A program made the translations under genes and the position numbers. Shown piece after piece: positions 7,217 through 15,235 of a stretch of DNA of 32,000 bases; the stretch's first letter is position 1; each line of letters starts with the position of its first letter. This stretch comes from Methylophaga frappieri (GTDB taxonomy: Bacteria > Pseudomonadota > Gammaproteobacteria > Nitrosococcales > Methylophagaceae): NCBI RefSeq assembly GCF_000260965.1, contig NC_017856.1, positions 960,001 to 992,000 on the forward strand, written 5' to 3'. The notes beneath the pieces were generated by a model. It ran no database searches. It was not told the origin of the DNA and saw only the letters and a list, made by a program, of their open reading frames with translations.

Positions 7217-8233
7217 ATGCATGCGATGTCGCTCTCTGAGTTTCCAATTTCTGTGCTTGAACTCCACACATGGCCGTGGTGGCGAAGATTTTGGAATCGA
7301 CCGCCGGCGCTTGTACGGAAGCGGTGTGAAGCTTGGCGTGAGCTATTGGGGCTCAAGGAGTCGGCAGGAAAAAATGTGCTCCTCAACACCGCAAAATCGA
7401 AGATTTTTGATGACTCACGCCGTCGATGGGACATCCTGGACAATCTTAATCGCAGCAACTTTACTTTGCGGAGCCGATTTTCGGGCTTAGCCTCGGGCGC
7501 TAAGGAGGCTTTCCAAAGTCCTCATGGATCGCTAGTGCAAGTGACGATGGTGCCTCACTTTGAATGCGACGCAAGCGATATAGAGGGCATCTCCGCAAGC
7601 AAGTCGGCAGATATGCCACACGAAAGTGTGGATGTCTTTGGTGCCTACTATATTGATGAGCAGAATCGATATGCCAGAAAAGGAAAGCCCCCGCTCGGAC
7701 TGGATGATGCGAGCTTAAAAGAGCTTTGTTCTCATGGCGAAATTCGGCTACTGCACGGACGTGGCTCCGACACGTTTAGCGTGCGAGCTTGGGATGGCCG
7801 TTTGTTCCTTGACAACAGTGGCGGATCTCACCATCTTGCGGGCGCCGTGCATGTCGCTAAGCGCATTGGCGCGCGCATTCACCTCGCCTCGAAACTCTAT
7901 CTCTACCAGCTCAACCATTTGACTGTGCAATGGCTGCTCGATGGATTTCATCTGGTATTGCTCCCCAAGGATTTGGCCGGACAGATGCTATGGACTGTGA
8001 AGAGCTTGGTAGGTTCTGGTTCGAACATGGAGTTCCCGCCTGTACTGGCCGAAGGCACGCTTTTGGCATTCCCCCGGGGTTCGCAAATCGCCGAGTCCGT
8101 GATGGCAGAACTATTGAGTCAGGGGCACCACGATTTGGGCAATGATTTGAGGGAAGCGCTGACTGCGCAACAGCGGTTCTTGACTGAATCGACGGCTCTA
8201 TGGACAAAGCAATTTTCATCTCCAACCTGCTGA
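7217..8233 (+). CDS. hypothetical protein (orphan, no recognised domain)
   Basis: Long ORF (listed from 7175). I place the start at the ATG at 7217 (MHAMSLSEF...) because 7175-7193 lies inside repeat A. G+C is lower than the ICE backbone by eye. Bracketed by repeat A copies. Confidence 0.65.
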   Translation: MHAMSLSEFPISVLELHTWPWWRRFWNRPPALVRKRCEAWRELLGLKESAGKNVLLNTAKSKIFDDSRRRWDILDNLNRSNFTLRSRFSGLASGAKEAFQSPHGSLVQVTMVPHFECDASDIEGISASKSADMPHESVDVFGAYYIDEQNRYARKGKPPLGLDDASLKELCSHGEIRLLHGRGSDTFSVRAWDGRLFLDNSGGSHHLAGAVHVAKRIGARIHLASKLYLYQLNHLTVQWLLDGFHLVLLPKDLAGQMLWTVKSLVGSGSNMEFPPVLAEGTLLAFPRGSQIAESVMAELLSQGHHDLGNDLREALTAQQRFLTESTALWTKQFSSPTC

Positions 8234-8317
8234 CGATGCTCTAAATGCGTGTGGTCACGTCGTTACCTATAGATCGCGAGTTGAAGCTCCACATTTCATA
8301 GGAACTTAGCGACAAAA

Positions 8318-8439
8318 GAGCGTCCCGGCGTTCCGCCGTCGGGCTCGCGGGCTACGCCCCATGCCTCGTACCGAGTCATGGCCATCCGGCTTTGATCCCT
8401 GACGCCTCCGGCCCTGTGGGCCTGCGCGCTGCGCTTGCC
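8318..8439 (+). repeat. GC-rich repeat, family A, copy 2
   Basis: Direct repeat of 7079-7193 with scattered substitutions and a short insertion (cctgcgcGCTGCGCttgcc). Confidence 0.9.
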
Positions 8440-8467
8440 CATCCGTCGTCTCTGCGGGCGGGGTGTG

Positions 8468-8627
8468 GGCGGTCTTGCTGTTCCCTTCACCGTATCACGG
8501 CGTTCTCGCCGTCAAGGGCTGCGCGCGCCTTGCGCGCTTGCGTCCTGGCGGCCGTCGCTGACCCCTGACCGCTTGCGCTGCGCCGTGCTGAGGCCGGTTC
8601 CGGGCAATTCCGCCCGAGCAACCGGAG
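8468..8627 (+). repeat. 160-bp repeat B copy 1, forming the 5' leader of radC (candidate structured leader)
   Basis: ggcggtcttgctgttcccttcaccgtatcacggcgttctcgccgtcaagggctgcgc...ggttccgggcaattccgcc...aaccggag. Near-identical at its ends to 9245-9403 and more variable in the centre. Ends in the GGAG Shine-Dalgarno of radC. Confidence 0.9.
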
Positions 8628-8634
8628 CATGATC

Positions 8635-9141
8635 ATGTCGCAACTTTCTCTGTCTCTCGATTCCTCGCTGCTGGTGCGTGACGACCAGGGGCGCTATCTG
8701 CCGGCGACTGCCGACCAAATTCTGGAAGCTGCGCGGTACGTTATCGACCAGAAAACTCCGCGCGGGACGCTGTTCACTTCGCCGGCGCTGGTCAAGGACT
8801 ACCTGCGCACCAAGCTGGCCAACTTCGAGCATGAGGTTTTCGCTACGCTGTTCCTCGACAGCCAGAACCGTCTGATCGAATACGTGGAGATGTTTCGCGG
8901 CACCATCGACCAGGCATCGGTGTATCCGCGCGAAGTCGTGAAAACGGCACTGCAACACAACGCAGCGGCCGTGATCTTTTCGCACAATCATCCGAGCGGC
9001 AATTCCGAGCCGAGCCAGGCGGACAAGCTGCTGACCCAACGCCTCAAGGAAGCCCTGGCGCTGGTGGACGTGCGCACGCTGGATCACATCGTCGTCGGCG
9101 GCGAGGCCACTACGTCATTCGCTGAGCGTGGCCTGATCTGA
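8635..9141 (+). CDS. radC: RadC-family JAB-domain protein
   Basis: YLRTKL..EHEVFATLFLDSQNRLI...GTIDQASVYPREVVKTAL..NAAAVIFSHNHPSGNSEPSQAD...LVDVRTLDHIVVG, the classic RadC/JAMM signature. The ATG at 8635 has 7-nt spacing from GGAG; the listed 8629 start is only 1 nt from it. Confidence 0.9.
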   Translation: MSQLSLSLDSSLLVRDDQGRYLPATADQILEAARYVIDQKTPRGTLFTSPALVKDYLRTKLANFEHEVFATLFLDSQNRLIEYVEMFRGTIDQASVYPREVVKTALQHNAAAVIFSHNHPSGNSEPSQADKLLTQRLKEALALVDVRTLDHIVVGGEATTSFAERGLI

Positions 9142-9145
9142 CACA

Positions 9146-9167
9146 GGGGGGCTGCGGCCCCTTTTTT
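9146..9167 (+). terminator. rho-independent terminator after radC
   Basis: Stem ggggc/gcccc (9148-9152 / 9157-9161), loop tgcg, then TTTTTT (9162-9167). A second hairpin follows: gctgcgcc-cggt-ggcgcagc (9168-9187). Confidence 0.7.
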
Positions 9168-9244
9168 GCTGCGCCCGGTGGCGCAGCTACGGCCCTCGCG
9201 GGCCTGCGCTTGCTGAAGACAGGTGTGCGTAGGTGGTGGTGTGA

Positions 9245-9403
9245 GGCGGTCTTGCTGTTCCCTTCACCGTATCACGGCGTTCTCGCCGTCAAGGGCTGCG
9301 CGTGCAAGCACGCTTGCGGCCTCCCGGCCGTCCTTGACCCCTGACCGCTTGCGCTGCGCCGTGCTGGTGACGGTTCCGGGCAATTCCGCCTGTGTAACCG
9401 GAG
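9245..9403 (+). repeat. 160-bp repeat B copy 2, forming the 5' leader of the 9410 gene
   Basis: Direct repeat of 8468-8627. Ends in aaccggag, 6 nt before the ATG at 9410. Confidence 0.9.
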
Positions 9404-9409
9404 ATCGTC

Positions 9410-9799
9410 ATGAACGATAAATCACATGTTTCCCTCGAACAGCACGTTTGCCTGGTCTGCGGCAAAGCGTTCGATACCGGCACCATCCTGCTCGACAAGC
9501 GCCTGCGTGCAAGCATGGAGCACCATACGAAGACGGGCTGGGGCCTATGCCCCGAGCACCAGAAGCTGGCCGACGATGGTTTCGTCGCGCTAGTCGAATG
9601 CGACCCGCAGCGCAGCGGCTCGCCGGGTGGCCGCCTGAAGCCCGAGCAGGCTTATCGCACGGGCCGGCTGGCGCACCTGAAGCATCATGTGTTCGCCAAG
9701 GTGTTCAACGTGCCGATCGAGGCCAACCAGCCTTGCGTCTTCGTTAAGCCGGGCGTCATAGAGCAGCTTGAAGCGATGGTGTCGCCGGCGACGAGCTGA
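9410..9799 (+). CDS. small hypothetical protein with a CxxC...CPEH (zinc-ribbon-like) motif
   Basis: 129-aa ORF with good SD spacing. VCLVCGKAF and GLCPEHQ could form a Cys3His/treble-clef site. A canonical terminator follows. Confidence 0.7.
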   Translation: MNDKSHVSLEQHVCLVCGKAFDTGTILLDKRLRASMEHHTKTGWGLCPEHQKLADDGFVALVECDPQRSGSPGGRLKPEQAYRTGRLAHLKHHVFAKVFNVPIEANQPCVFVKPGVIEQLEAMVSPATS

Positions 9800-9814
9800 T
9801 CGCGCTAACAACCC

Positions 9815-9851
9815 GGCGCGTCGTCCTTTCGGGCGACGCGCCATTCTTTTT
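9815..9851 (+). terminator. rho-independent terminator
   Basis: ggcgcgtcgtcc-tttc-gggcgacgcgcc (12-bp stem with one G-T pair) followed by attcttttt. Confidence 0.8.
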
Positions 9852-10587
9852 GCTGCGCCCGATGCCGATGCCTTCGCGCCCGCGGCGCTTCGCTTGCCTC
9901 CAGGGGAAAGCCCTGCGGGCTATCCCCGCCGCGCGATGCTTGGCGCCCCTGGAAGACCGCCGAACCGGCTGCGCCGGATCGGCCAGAAGCCAATCGCAGT
10001 CCCAGCAGCAGAAGCAATTTCTCGATGCCTTGTGCATGAGGGCTGTCCTGGGCGTGATGTTCATCGAGCATCGAAGTCAGGGCGTCCCCGGCCAAGAAGA
10101 CATGGCCGGTCGCGCTGTCGTGCGCGTTGCGCATCGAGCCGCCTGCGGCGTCTCGCCCCTGACGGGCTTCCATCGTTCCCTCGCTCCGCTCGGCTGACGC
10201 CTCCGGCCCGGCTTCTAGATCCGGGCCTGCGCGCTTCGCTTGCCGTGCGGTTCGGCACATAGGGATGGCCGTTGCCATGTCCAGCCGTCTTCCCTGACCT
10301 CATCACCTTGTCTGCGACTGTAGCCCGCGCCCGTGTGCCGTCAAGGCACGCAGGGCCGTGTCCTCGGCTGCGCCTGCGGGCCGCACCAACCCTGCGCTTG
10401 CCTCCTTGACGGCACCCGTTCGCGCGCTCCTGACCGTCGCGGGCGATGAACTCAGGAAAGACGGTGGCAACAGGGCTAACCGGGTTCCTCGTGCCGACCG
10501 CACCGAACAGCTGAAAGGCTGGGCTCCGAATCTAGGAATCCGGTGTGCGGTGTGAACAGCAAACCTCTTTTTGTCAGGAGAAAGACC

Positions 10588-11418
10588 ATGCAACTCGCAT
10601 CCCGTTTCGCTTCCCGTTCCCCGGCACTGCGCAGCGAATACCCGCTGACCGATGACCAGATTCACCGTGTCGCGCCGTCCATCTTCGCGGACGCCCCGCA
10701 TGAGAGCCGTTCGCAGCGGTACGCCTACATCCCCACCGCCGCCGTGCTGACCGAGCTTCGGAAAGAAGGCTTCCAGCCCTTCATGGTGACGCAGACCCGC
10801 GTGCGCGATGAAGGCAAGCGCGAGCACACGAAACACATGATTCGCCTGCGCCACGCCAGCCAGATCAACGGCGCGGAGGCTAACGAAATCGTGCTGCTGA
10901 ACTCGCATGACGGCACCAGCAGCTATCAGATGCTGGCCGGCATGTTCCGGTTCGTGTGCAGCAATGGTCTTGTCTGCGGCGACACCGTGGCGGACGTGCG
11001 CGTGCCCCACAAAGGCGACGTAGCCGGCTCCGTCATCGAAGGCGCTTTCGAGGTGTTGAGCGGCTTCGAGCGGGTGAAGGAATCCCGCGATGCCATGCGC
11101 GCGATCACGCTGGACGAAGGCGAGGCCGAAGTGTTCGCCCGTTCCGCGCTGGCCCTCAAGTACGACCCCACCGACAACAAGCCAGCGCCCATCACCGAAT
11201 CGCAAATCCTGATGCCGCGCCGGTTCGACGACCGCCGCCCGGACTTGTGGAGCGTGTTCAACCGCACCCAAGAAAACCTGACCAAAGGCGGATTGCATGG
11301 CCGCAGCGCCAACGGGCGCCGCCAGCAGACCCGCCCGGTGCAAGGCATTGATTCCGATGTGCGCCTCAATCGCGCCCTCTGGATGCTGGCCGATGGCCTG
11401 CGCCAGTTGAAAGCCTGA
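10588..11418 (+). CDS. DUF932-domain protein (conserved ICE/plasmid protein)
   Basis: The in-frame ATG at 10588 is preceded by aggag. Sequence MQLASRFASRSPALRSEYPLTDDQIHRVAPSIFA...RYAYIPT..VL..LRKEGFQPF is typical of DUF932 proteins as I recall them. Synteny with the ParB-like gene. Confidence 0.8.
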   Translation: MQLASRFASRSPALRSEYPLTDDQIHRVAPSIFADAPHESRSQRYAYIPTAAVLTELRKEGFQPFMVTQTRVRDEGKREHTKHMIRLRHASQINGAEANEIVLLNSHDGTSSYQMLAGMFRFVCSNGLVCGDTVADVRVPHKGDVAGSVIEGAFEVLSGFERVKESRDAMRAITLDEGEAEVFARSALALKYDPTDNKPAPITESQILMPRRFDDRRPDLWSVFNRTQENLTKGGLHGRSANGRRQQTRPVQGIDSDVRLNRALWMLADGLRQLKA

Positions 11419-11492
11419 ACCCTTCCGATCTTTTACCCGCCGGAGGGGCGGTTCCCCTCCATTCCCTTGTTTCACTTGATTGGAGATACACC

Positions 11493-13550
11493 ATGAACGC
11501 CGTTACCACTACCGAAGCCCGCGCCATCCAAGCCCCCGCGCTGGAAGCTGCCGACCCGACCAAGAACCTGATTCTGGTTCCGCTGTCGCGGCTGGTGTTG
11601 CGCCCCACGGGCCGCAACGTGCGCAAGACCCCGCGCATGTCCATCCCCGAACTCGCCGCATCCATCCAGCGTGTCGGCCTGCTGCAAAACCTGATCGTGA
11701 TTGCATCCGCCGATGGCGAGCATTACGAAGTCGTCGCCGGTGGCCGTCGCCTCGCCGCGTTGAAGCTGCTGGCGAAAAAGCACCGCATCAGCAAGGAATG
11801 GGAGGTTCCTTGCCTGCTGGTAGCCGATGGCACCGCCCGCACGGCCAGCCTCACCGAGAACGTACAGCGCGAAGCCATGCACCCCGCCGACCAGTTCGAG
11901 GCATTCGCCGCGCTGGTGGCCGAAGGCCGGCCCATCGAGGACATTGCGGCGGATTTCAGCGTCACGCCGCTGGTGGTGCAACGCCGCTTGAAGCTGGCGA
12001 ACGTGTCGCCGCGCCTGATGGCCGACTATCGCGCCGATGCCGTCACGCTCGATCAGTTGATGGCGCTTGCCATCACCGATGACCACGCCGCACAGGAAGC
12101 CGCGTTCTACGATGCCCCGCAGTGGCAGCGGCATCCGTCCCACTTGCGCGAACGCCTGACCGAGCGCGAAATCGACGCCTACCGGCATCCGCTGGTGCGG
12201 TTCGTAGGGCTGGACACCTACGAAGCCGCAGGCGGTGGCATCCGCCGCGACCTGTTTGCGGAAGGCGATGCGGGCGTGTATCTGACCGATGCCGCGCTGC
12301 TGGAACGACTGGCGCAAACCCGGCTGGCAGGCATTGCCGCCAATGTTCGCGCCGAAGGTTGGGCGTGGGTGGATGCCACGCCGGGCGCGACCCATGCCGA
12401 CCTGCACACCTTCCAACGCGCCCCGAGGGAGCGCCGCGAACCGAACAAGCGCGAAGCCGCACGCATCGAGAAGCTGCAAGCCCGGATGCACGAACTGGCC
12501 GAAGCCGTGGATGCCGCATTGGACGCCGACGACGAGGAAAAGGCCGATGCCTTGCAGGAGGAAGGCGAAGCCGTGGGCGAGCAGTTGCAAGCGCTAGAAG
12601 ATGGCTTGCAAGACTACGGCGCGAACGTGAAGGCCGCAGCCGGAGCCATCGTCACCATCGACCGCAACGGCGAGGCCGTCATTCATCGCGGCCTGATGCG
12701 CGAAGCCGAAGCCAAGGCGCTGCGCACACTGGAAAGGATTCGGCAGGGTTTCGGCGGCGAAGGCGAAGCCGCGAACGACGAGGAAGGCGAGGACGGAGAC
12801 GACGACAGGCAGCCCAAGGCCGCCGCCATGTCCGACCGGCTGGCGCAGAAGTTGAGCGCCCACCGCACCGCCGCGCTGCAAATCGAAGTCGCCCGGCATC
12901 CGCAAGCCGCGCTGGCCGCCGTGGTGCATGGCATGGTGCAGACCGTTTTGCAGGGCAGCCACTACGGCCACGACTTGCCGCTGGGCGTAAGCCTCAAAGT
13001 GCAAGACCGGCTGGAAGGCATGGCCCCGGACTTGCCCGAATCGCCCGCCGCCGTGGCGCTGCGCGAACTGCAACAGGTGGCGGGCGAAGCCTTGCCGGAG
13101 GACAGCGCCGAACTGTTCGCCGTGCTGCTGGCGAAGCCGCAAGATGAACTGGTGCGGCTGCTGGCCGTGTGCGTGGCTTCCACGGTGGACGTGGTGACAC
13201 CCCGCGCCACGCCGCACCAGCGCGGCGCAGAACTGGCGCAGGCCGTGGGCCTCGACATGGCCGCATGGTGGAAGCCGACCGCAGAAGGCTACTTCAAGCA
13301 TGTTTCCAAGGCCGTGATTCTGGATGCCGTGGCCGTGTTTGCACCGGATTCTGTAACCCGGCTGGCGAAGTTGAAGAAGGCCGACATTGCCAGCGAGGCC
13401 GAGCGGCTGGCCGATGGCACGGGCTGGATGCCCGCCATCTTCAAGGCCGCAGGCCCGCAGGATGCCGTGCAGGAAGAAGGCCCGGAGCAAAACGCCCCGG
13501 AGGATGCCGAGGCAATGGCGGATGAACCCGCCGAAGCACTGGCCGCTTGA
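11493..13550 (+). CDS. ParB/Srx N-terminal-domain protein (large KorB/ParB-like ICE protein)
   Basis: 685 aa. LVPLSRLVLRPTGRNVRK, LAASIQRVGLLQNLIV, YEVVAGGRRLAALKLL, SLTENVQREAMHPADQ: ParB-box motifs. Long acidic/Ala-rich C-terminal part. Confidence 0.9.
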   Translation: MNAVTTTEARAIQAPALEAADPTKNLILVPLSRLVLRPTGRNVRKTPRMSIPELAASIQRVGLLQNLIVIASADGEHYEVVAGGRRLAALKLLAKKHRISKEWEVPCLLVADGTARTASLTENVQREAMHPADQFEAFAALVAEGRPIEDIAADFSVTPLVVQRRLKLANVSPRLMADYRADAVTLDQLMALAITDDHAAQEAAFYDAPQWQRHPSHLRERLTEREIDAYRHPLVRFVGLDTYEAAGGGIRRDLFAEGDAGVYLTDAALLERLAQTRLAGIAANVRAEGWAWVDATPGATHADLHTFQRAPRERREPNKREAARIEKLQARMHELAEAVDAALDADDEEKADALQEEGEAVGEQLQALEDGLQDYGANVKAAAGAIVTIDRNGEAVIHRGLMREAEAKALRTLERIRQGFGGEGEAANDEEGEDGDDDRQPKAAAMSDRLAQKLSAHRTAALQIEVARHPQAALAAVVHGMVQTVLQGSHYGHDLPLGVSLKVQDRLEGMAPDLPESPAAVALRELQQVAGEALPEDSAELFAVLLAKPQDELVRLLAVCVASTVDVVTPRATPHQRGAELAQAVGLDMAAWWKPTAEGYFKHVSKAVILDAVAVFAPDSVTRLAKLKKADIASEAERLADGTGWMPAIFKAAGPQDAVQEEGPEQNAPEDAEAMADEPAEALAA

Positions 13551-13564
13551 CCCGCACGGAAGGC

Positions 13565-13592
13565 AAGCGCCCCGGCCTCGACCGGGGCGCTT
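13565..13592 (+). terminator. GC-rich hairpin directly after the ParB-like gene
   Basis: aagcgccccgg-cctcga-ccggggcgctt, an 11-bp perfect stem. There is no long T-tract, so terminator function is uncertain. Confidence 0.5.
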
Positions 13593-13612
13593 CGCTGCAA
13601 GGAGAAACCCCA

Positions 13613-13822
13613 ATGACCCGCACCACGACCAGCCGCCCACGCATGGCGGCGACCTATGCCCCCGGTACGGTACGCGCCCGCCGCTGGCACGGCGAAGGCG
13701 ACGTGCGCGGCTACCGTCCGCCTCGCGGCTGGACAGCCCGAGCCGACCTGACCGACTTTCACCCCATCACGGGCCGCGCCTTGCCGCGTGCCGTGTGGTG
13801 GATTATCGAAACCAAGGACTAA
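13613..13822 (+). CDS. small hypothetical protein (69 aa)
   Basis: The ATG at 13613 is preceded by aaggag with 7-8 nt spacing. Strong G/C third-position bias in this frame. Two hairpins follow, the second a canonical terminator. Confidence 0.6.
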   Translation: MTRTTTSRPRMAATYAPGTVRARRWHGEGDVRGYRPPRGWTARADLTDFHPITGRALPRAVWWIIETKD

Positions 13823-13877
13823 CCCATCATTCACGCCAGCCCCAGTCCGTTCCGCCCTGGGGCTGGTGGTCAAAAAT

Positions 13878-13907
13878 CCGGGCGCGGCGGTGGCCGCGCC
13901 CGGTTTC
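13878..13907 (+). terminator. rho-independent terminator
   Basis: ccgggcgcggc-ggtg-gccgcgcccgg (11-bp perfect stem) followed by tttc. Confidence 0.7.
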
Positions 13908-14599
13908 AAGGCCCAAAACCAAAACGCCCCTTCGCCGCCTTCGGGCGGGCGGCGAAGGGGCCGCGCACAAGCGGCCTTGTGCGCGAGAAACCACGAAGCC
14001 CACAAGTGCGGCGGCGCACCCCGCCGCCGGTGTTTGGACTGCGCCCCGCCGCAATGGGCGGGGCTTGTGGGGCTACGCCCCGGCTTGCTGCGGCAGGTTG
14101 TGCGAAAGCGTGCCGTCCTCGACGCTGGCGGTTCGTTGCCTGTATGTCACGAAGGACGGTTCACCGACACACCGCCCGGCCTCGCCCGATGGAGCCTCCA
14201 CGCCACGCCTCAAGCATGTGCCGCGAGCTGCGGCAGGGGCGCTCCGGCCTTGTCGTCGGGGCATTGACCTGGCCCGCGTCAGGGCGCAAGCCGGTGAAGC
14301 CGTCACGCGGGGATGCCGAGTCGGCCATGTCTCCATTCGGGAGCGGTCGGCCTGTACGTCCTTGTCTTGTTGTGAATCCTGGCGGTGGCGCGGCTGCGCC
14401 TTGGGCTTCATGGCCGCAACCTTCCAGCAAAAATAATTTCCCCTGCGCTGCGCGCATTCCTCGCGGGACAAATTATTTTTGCTTCCAGGTTCTCCACTTC
14501 GTTCCGACCGCAAGCGGTGCGGCCAGCCCATCCCCGCCGGACGGATCACAACAAGGACGCACTGGCGCGACCTTGTTCAACCCGAAAGGAGAAATCATC

Positions 14600-14914
14600 A
14601 TGGCAAACATCGGCACCTTCACCGCAGAGAAAGACGGCTTCACCGGCACGCTCCGCACCCTGACGCTCAACGTCAAAGTCAAGCTGGTTCCCAACGACAA
14701 GGGCGACAACGAGAACGCCCCCGACTACCGCCTGCAAGCGGCAAGTCATGACATCGGCGCGGCGTGGAAGAAGACCAGCGAGGCCGGACGGCCCTATGTG
14801 TCCGTGACCCTGGACGATCCTTCGTTCCCAGCCACCGTTTATGCCCGCCTGATCGAAGGCGAGAACGGCACGCACGACCTGATCTGGTCGCGCAACAAGC
14901 CCAAGGCGGCCTGA
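14600..14914 (+). CDS. DUF736-domain protein
   Basis: MANIGTFTAEKDGFTGTLRTLTLNVKVKLVPN...DYRL....IGAAWKKTSEAGRPYVSVTLDDPSFPATVYARL, the typical DUF736 sequence. aaaggag lies 7 nt upstream of the ATG. The listed ORF 13979..14914 is an artefactual N-terminal extension. Confidence 0.9.
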   Translation: MANIGTFTAEKDGFTGTLRTLTLNVKVKLVPNDKGDNENAPDYRLQAASHDIGAAWKKTSEAGRPYVSVTLDDPSFPATVYARLIEGENGTHDLIWSRNKPKAA

Positions 14915-15235
14915 CGGCCGCCCACAGCGCCCCGCCCATTGCGGCGGGGCACTGTGCTGCTCATCGCATCACCGCACGCATAGGGTTTCGGCAGTCGCTC
15001 CGCGCTGGGTACGTCCACCAGGGCCGGTATCGCATGGGTGCTGACTGGAGGGTTCGCAACCCTTGGCAGCCGCAGGCACAAGATGGCGTGTCGGCGCTGG
15101 AAGCGCCGCCGGGCTTTCGGGCTGCGCCCCGTGCCGGCTACGCCGTCACGGCCAATCGGCTTCAATCCCTCACGCCTTCGCGCCTGCGGCGCTGCGCGCT
15201 TCGCTTGCGGAGATCCGGCACTACGCGCCGACGCG

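Noticed and set aside
2463-8233. Search for a small ubiquitin-like (beta-grasp, C-terminal GG) gene, a CD-NTase or a known CBASS effector near the E2-E1-JAB gene.
   Set aside because: I found no ORF of suitable size or sequence in any frame between or beside the three operon genes. The gaps are 0 and 45 nt, and the downstream sequence is a repeat. Absence is reported as an observation. A fused or very divergent Ubl cannot be excluded without structure prediction.
9805-10278. Minus-strand 157-aa ORF. An internal start MRNAHDSATGHVFLAGDALTSMLDEHH... (about 10134) has locally coding-like codon bias.
   Set aside because: Its 3' half runs through the plus-strand terminator hairpin and repeat-family fragments, and it becomes Arg/Gly-rich low complexity. 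There is no RBS or motif. It is kept only as something to test for conservation.
13387-14599. Long plus-strand ORFs 13387-14436 (349 aa) and the N-terminal 207 codons of 13979-14914.
   Set aside because: The translations are Pro/Arg/Ala-rich and run across multiple perfect hairpins and terminators. Only the last 104 codons (14600-14914) match DUF736 and have a Shine-Dalgarno sequence.
14043-14950. Identical 22-bp elements in inverted orientation: gccccgccgcaatgggcggggc at 14043-14064, and its reverse complement at 14929-14950. They flank the DUF736 gene, which suggested IS or MITE ends.
   Set aside because: Each element is itself a hairpin with a palindromic stem, so only the 6-nt loop defines orientation. 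There is no target-site duplication, and no transposase lies between them. It is more likely a REP-like or terminator hairpin used twice.
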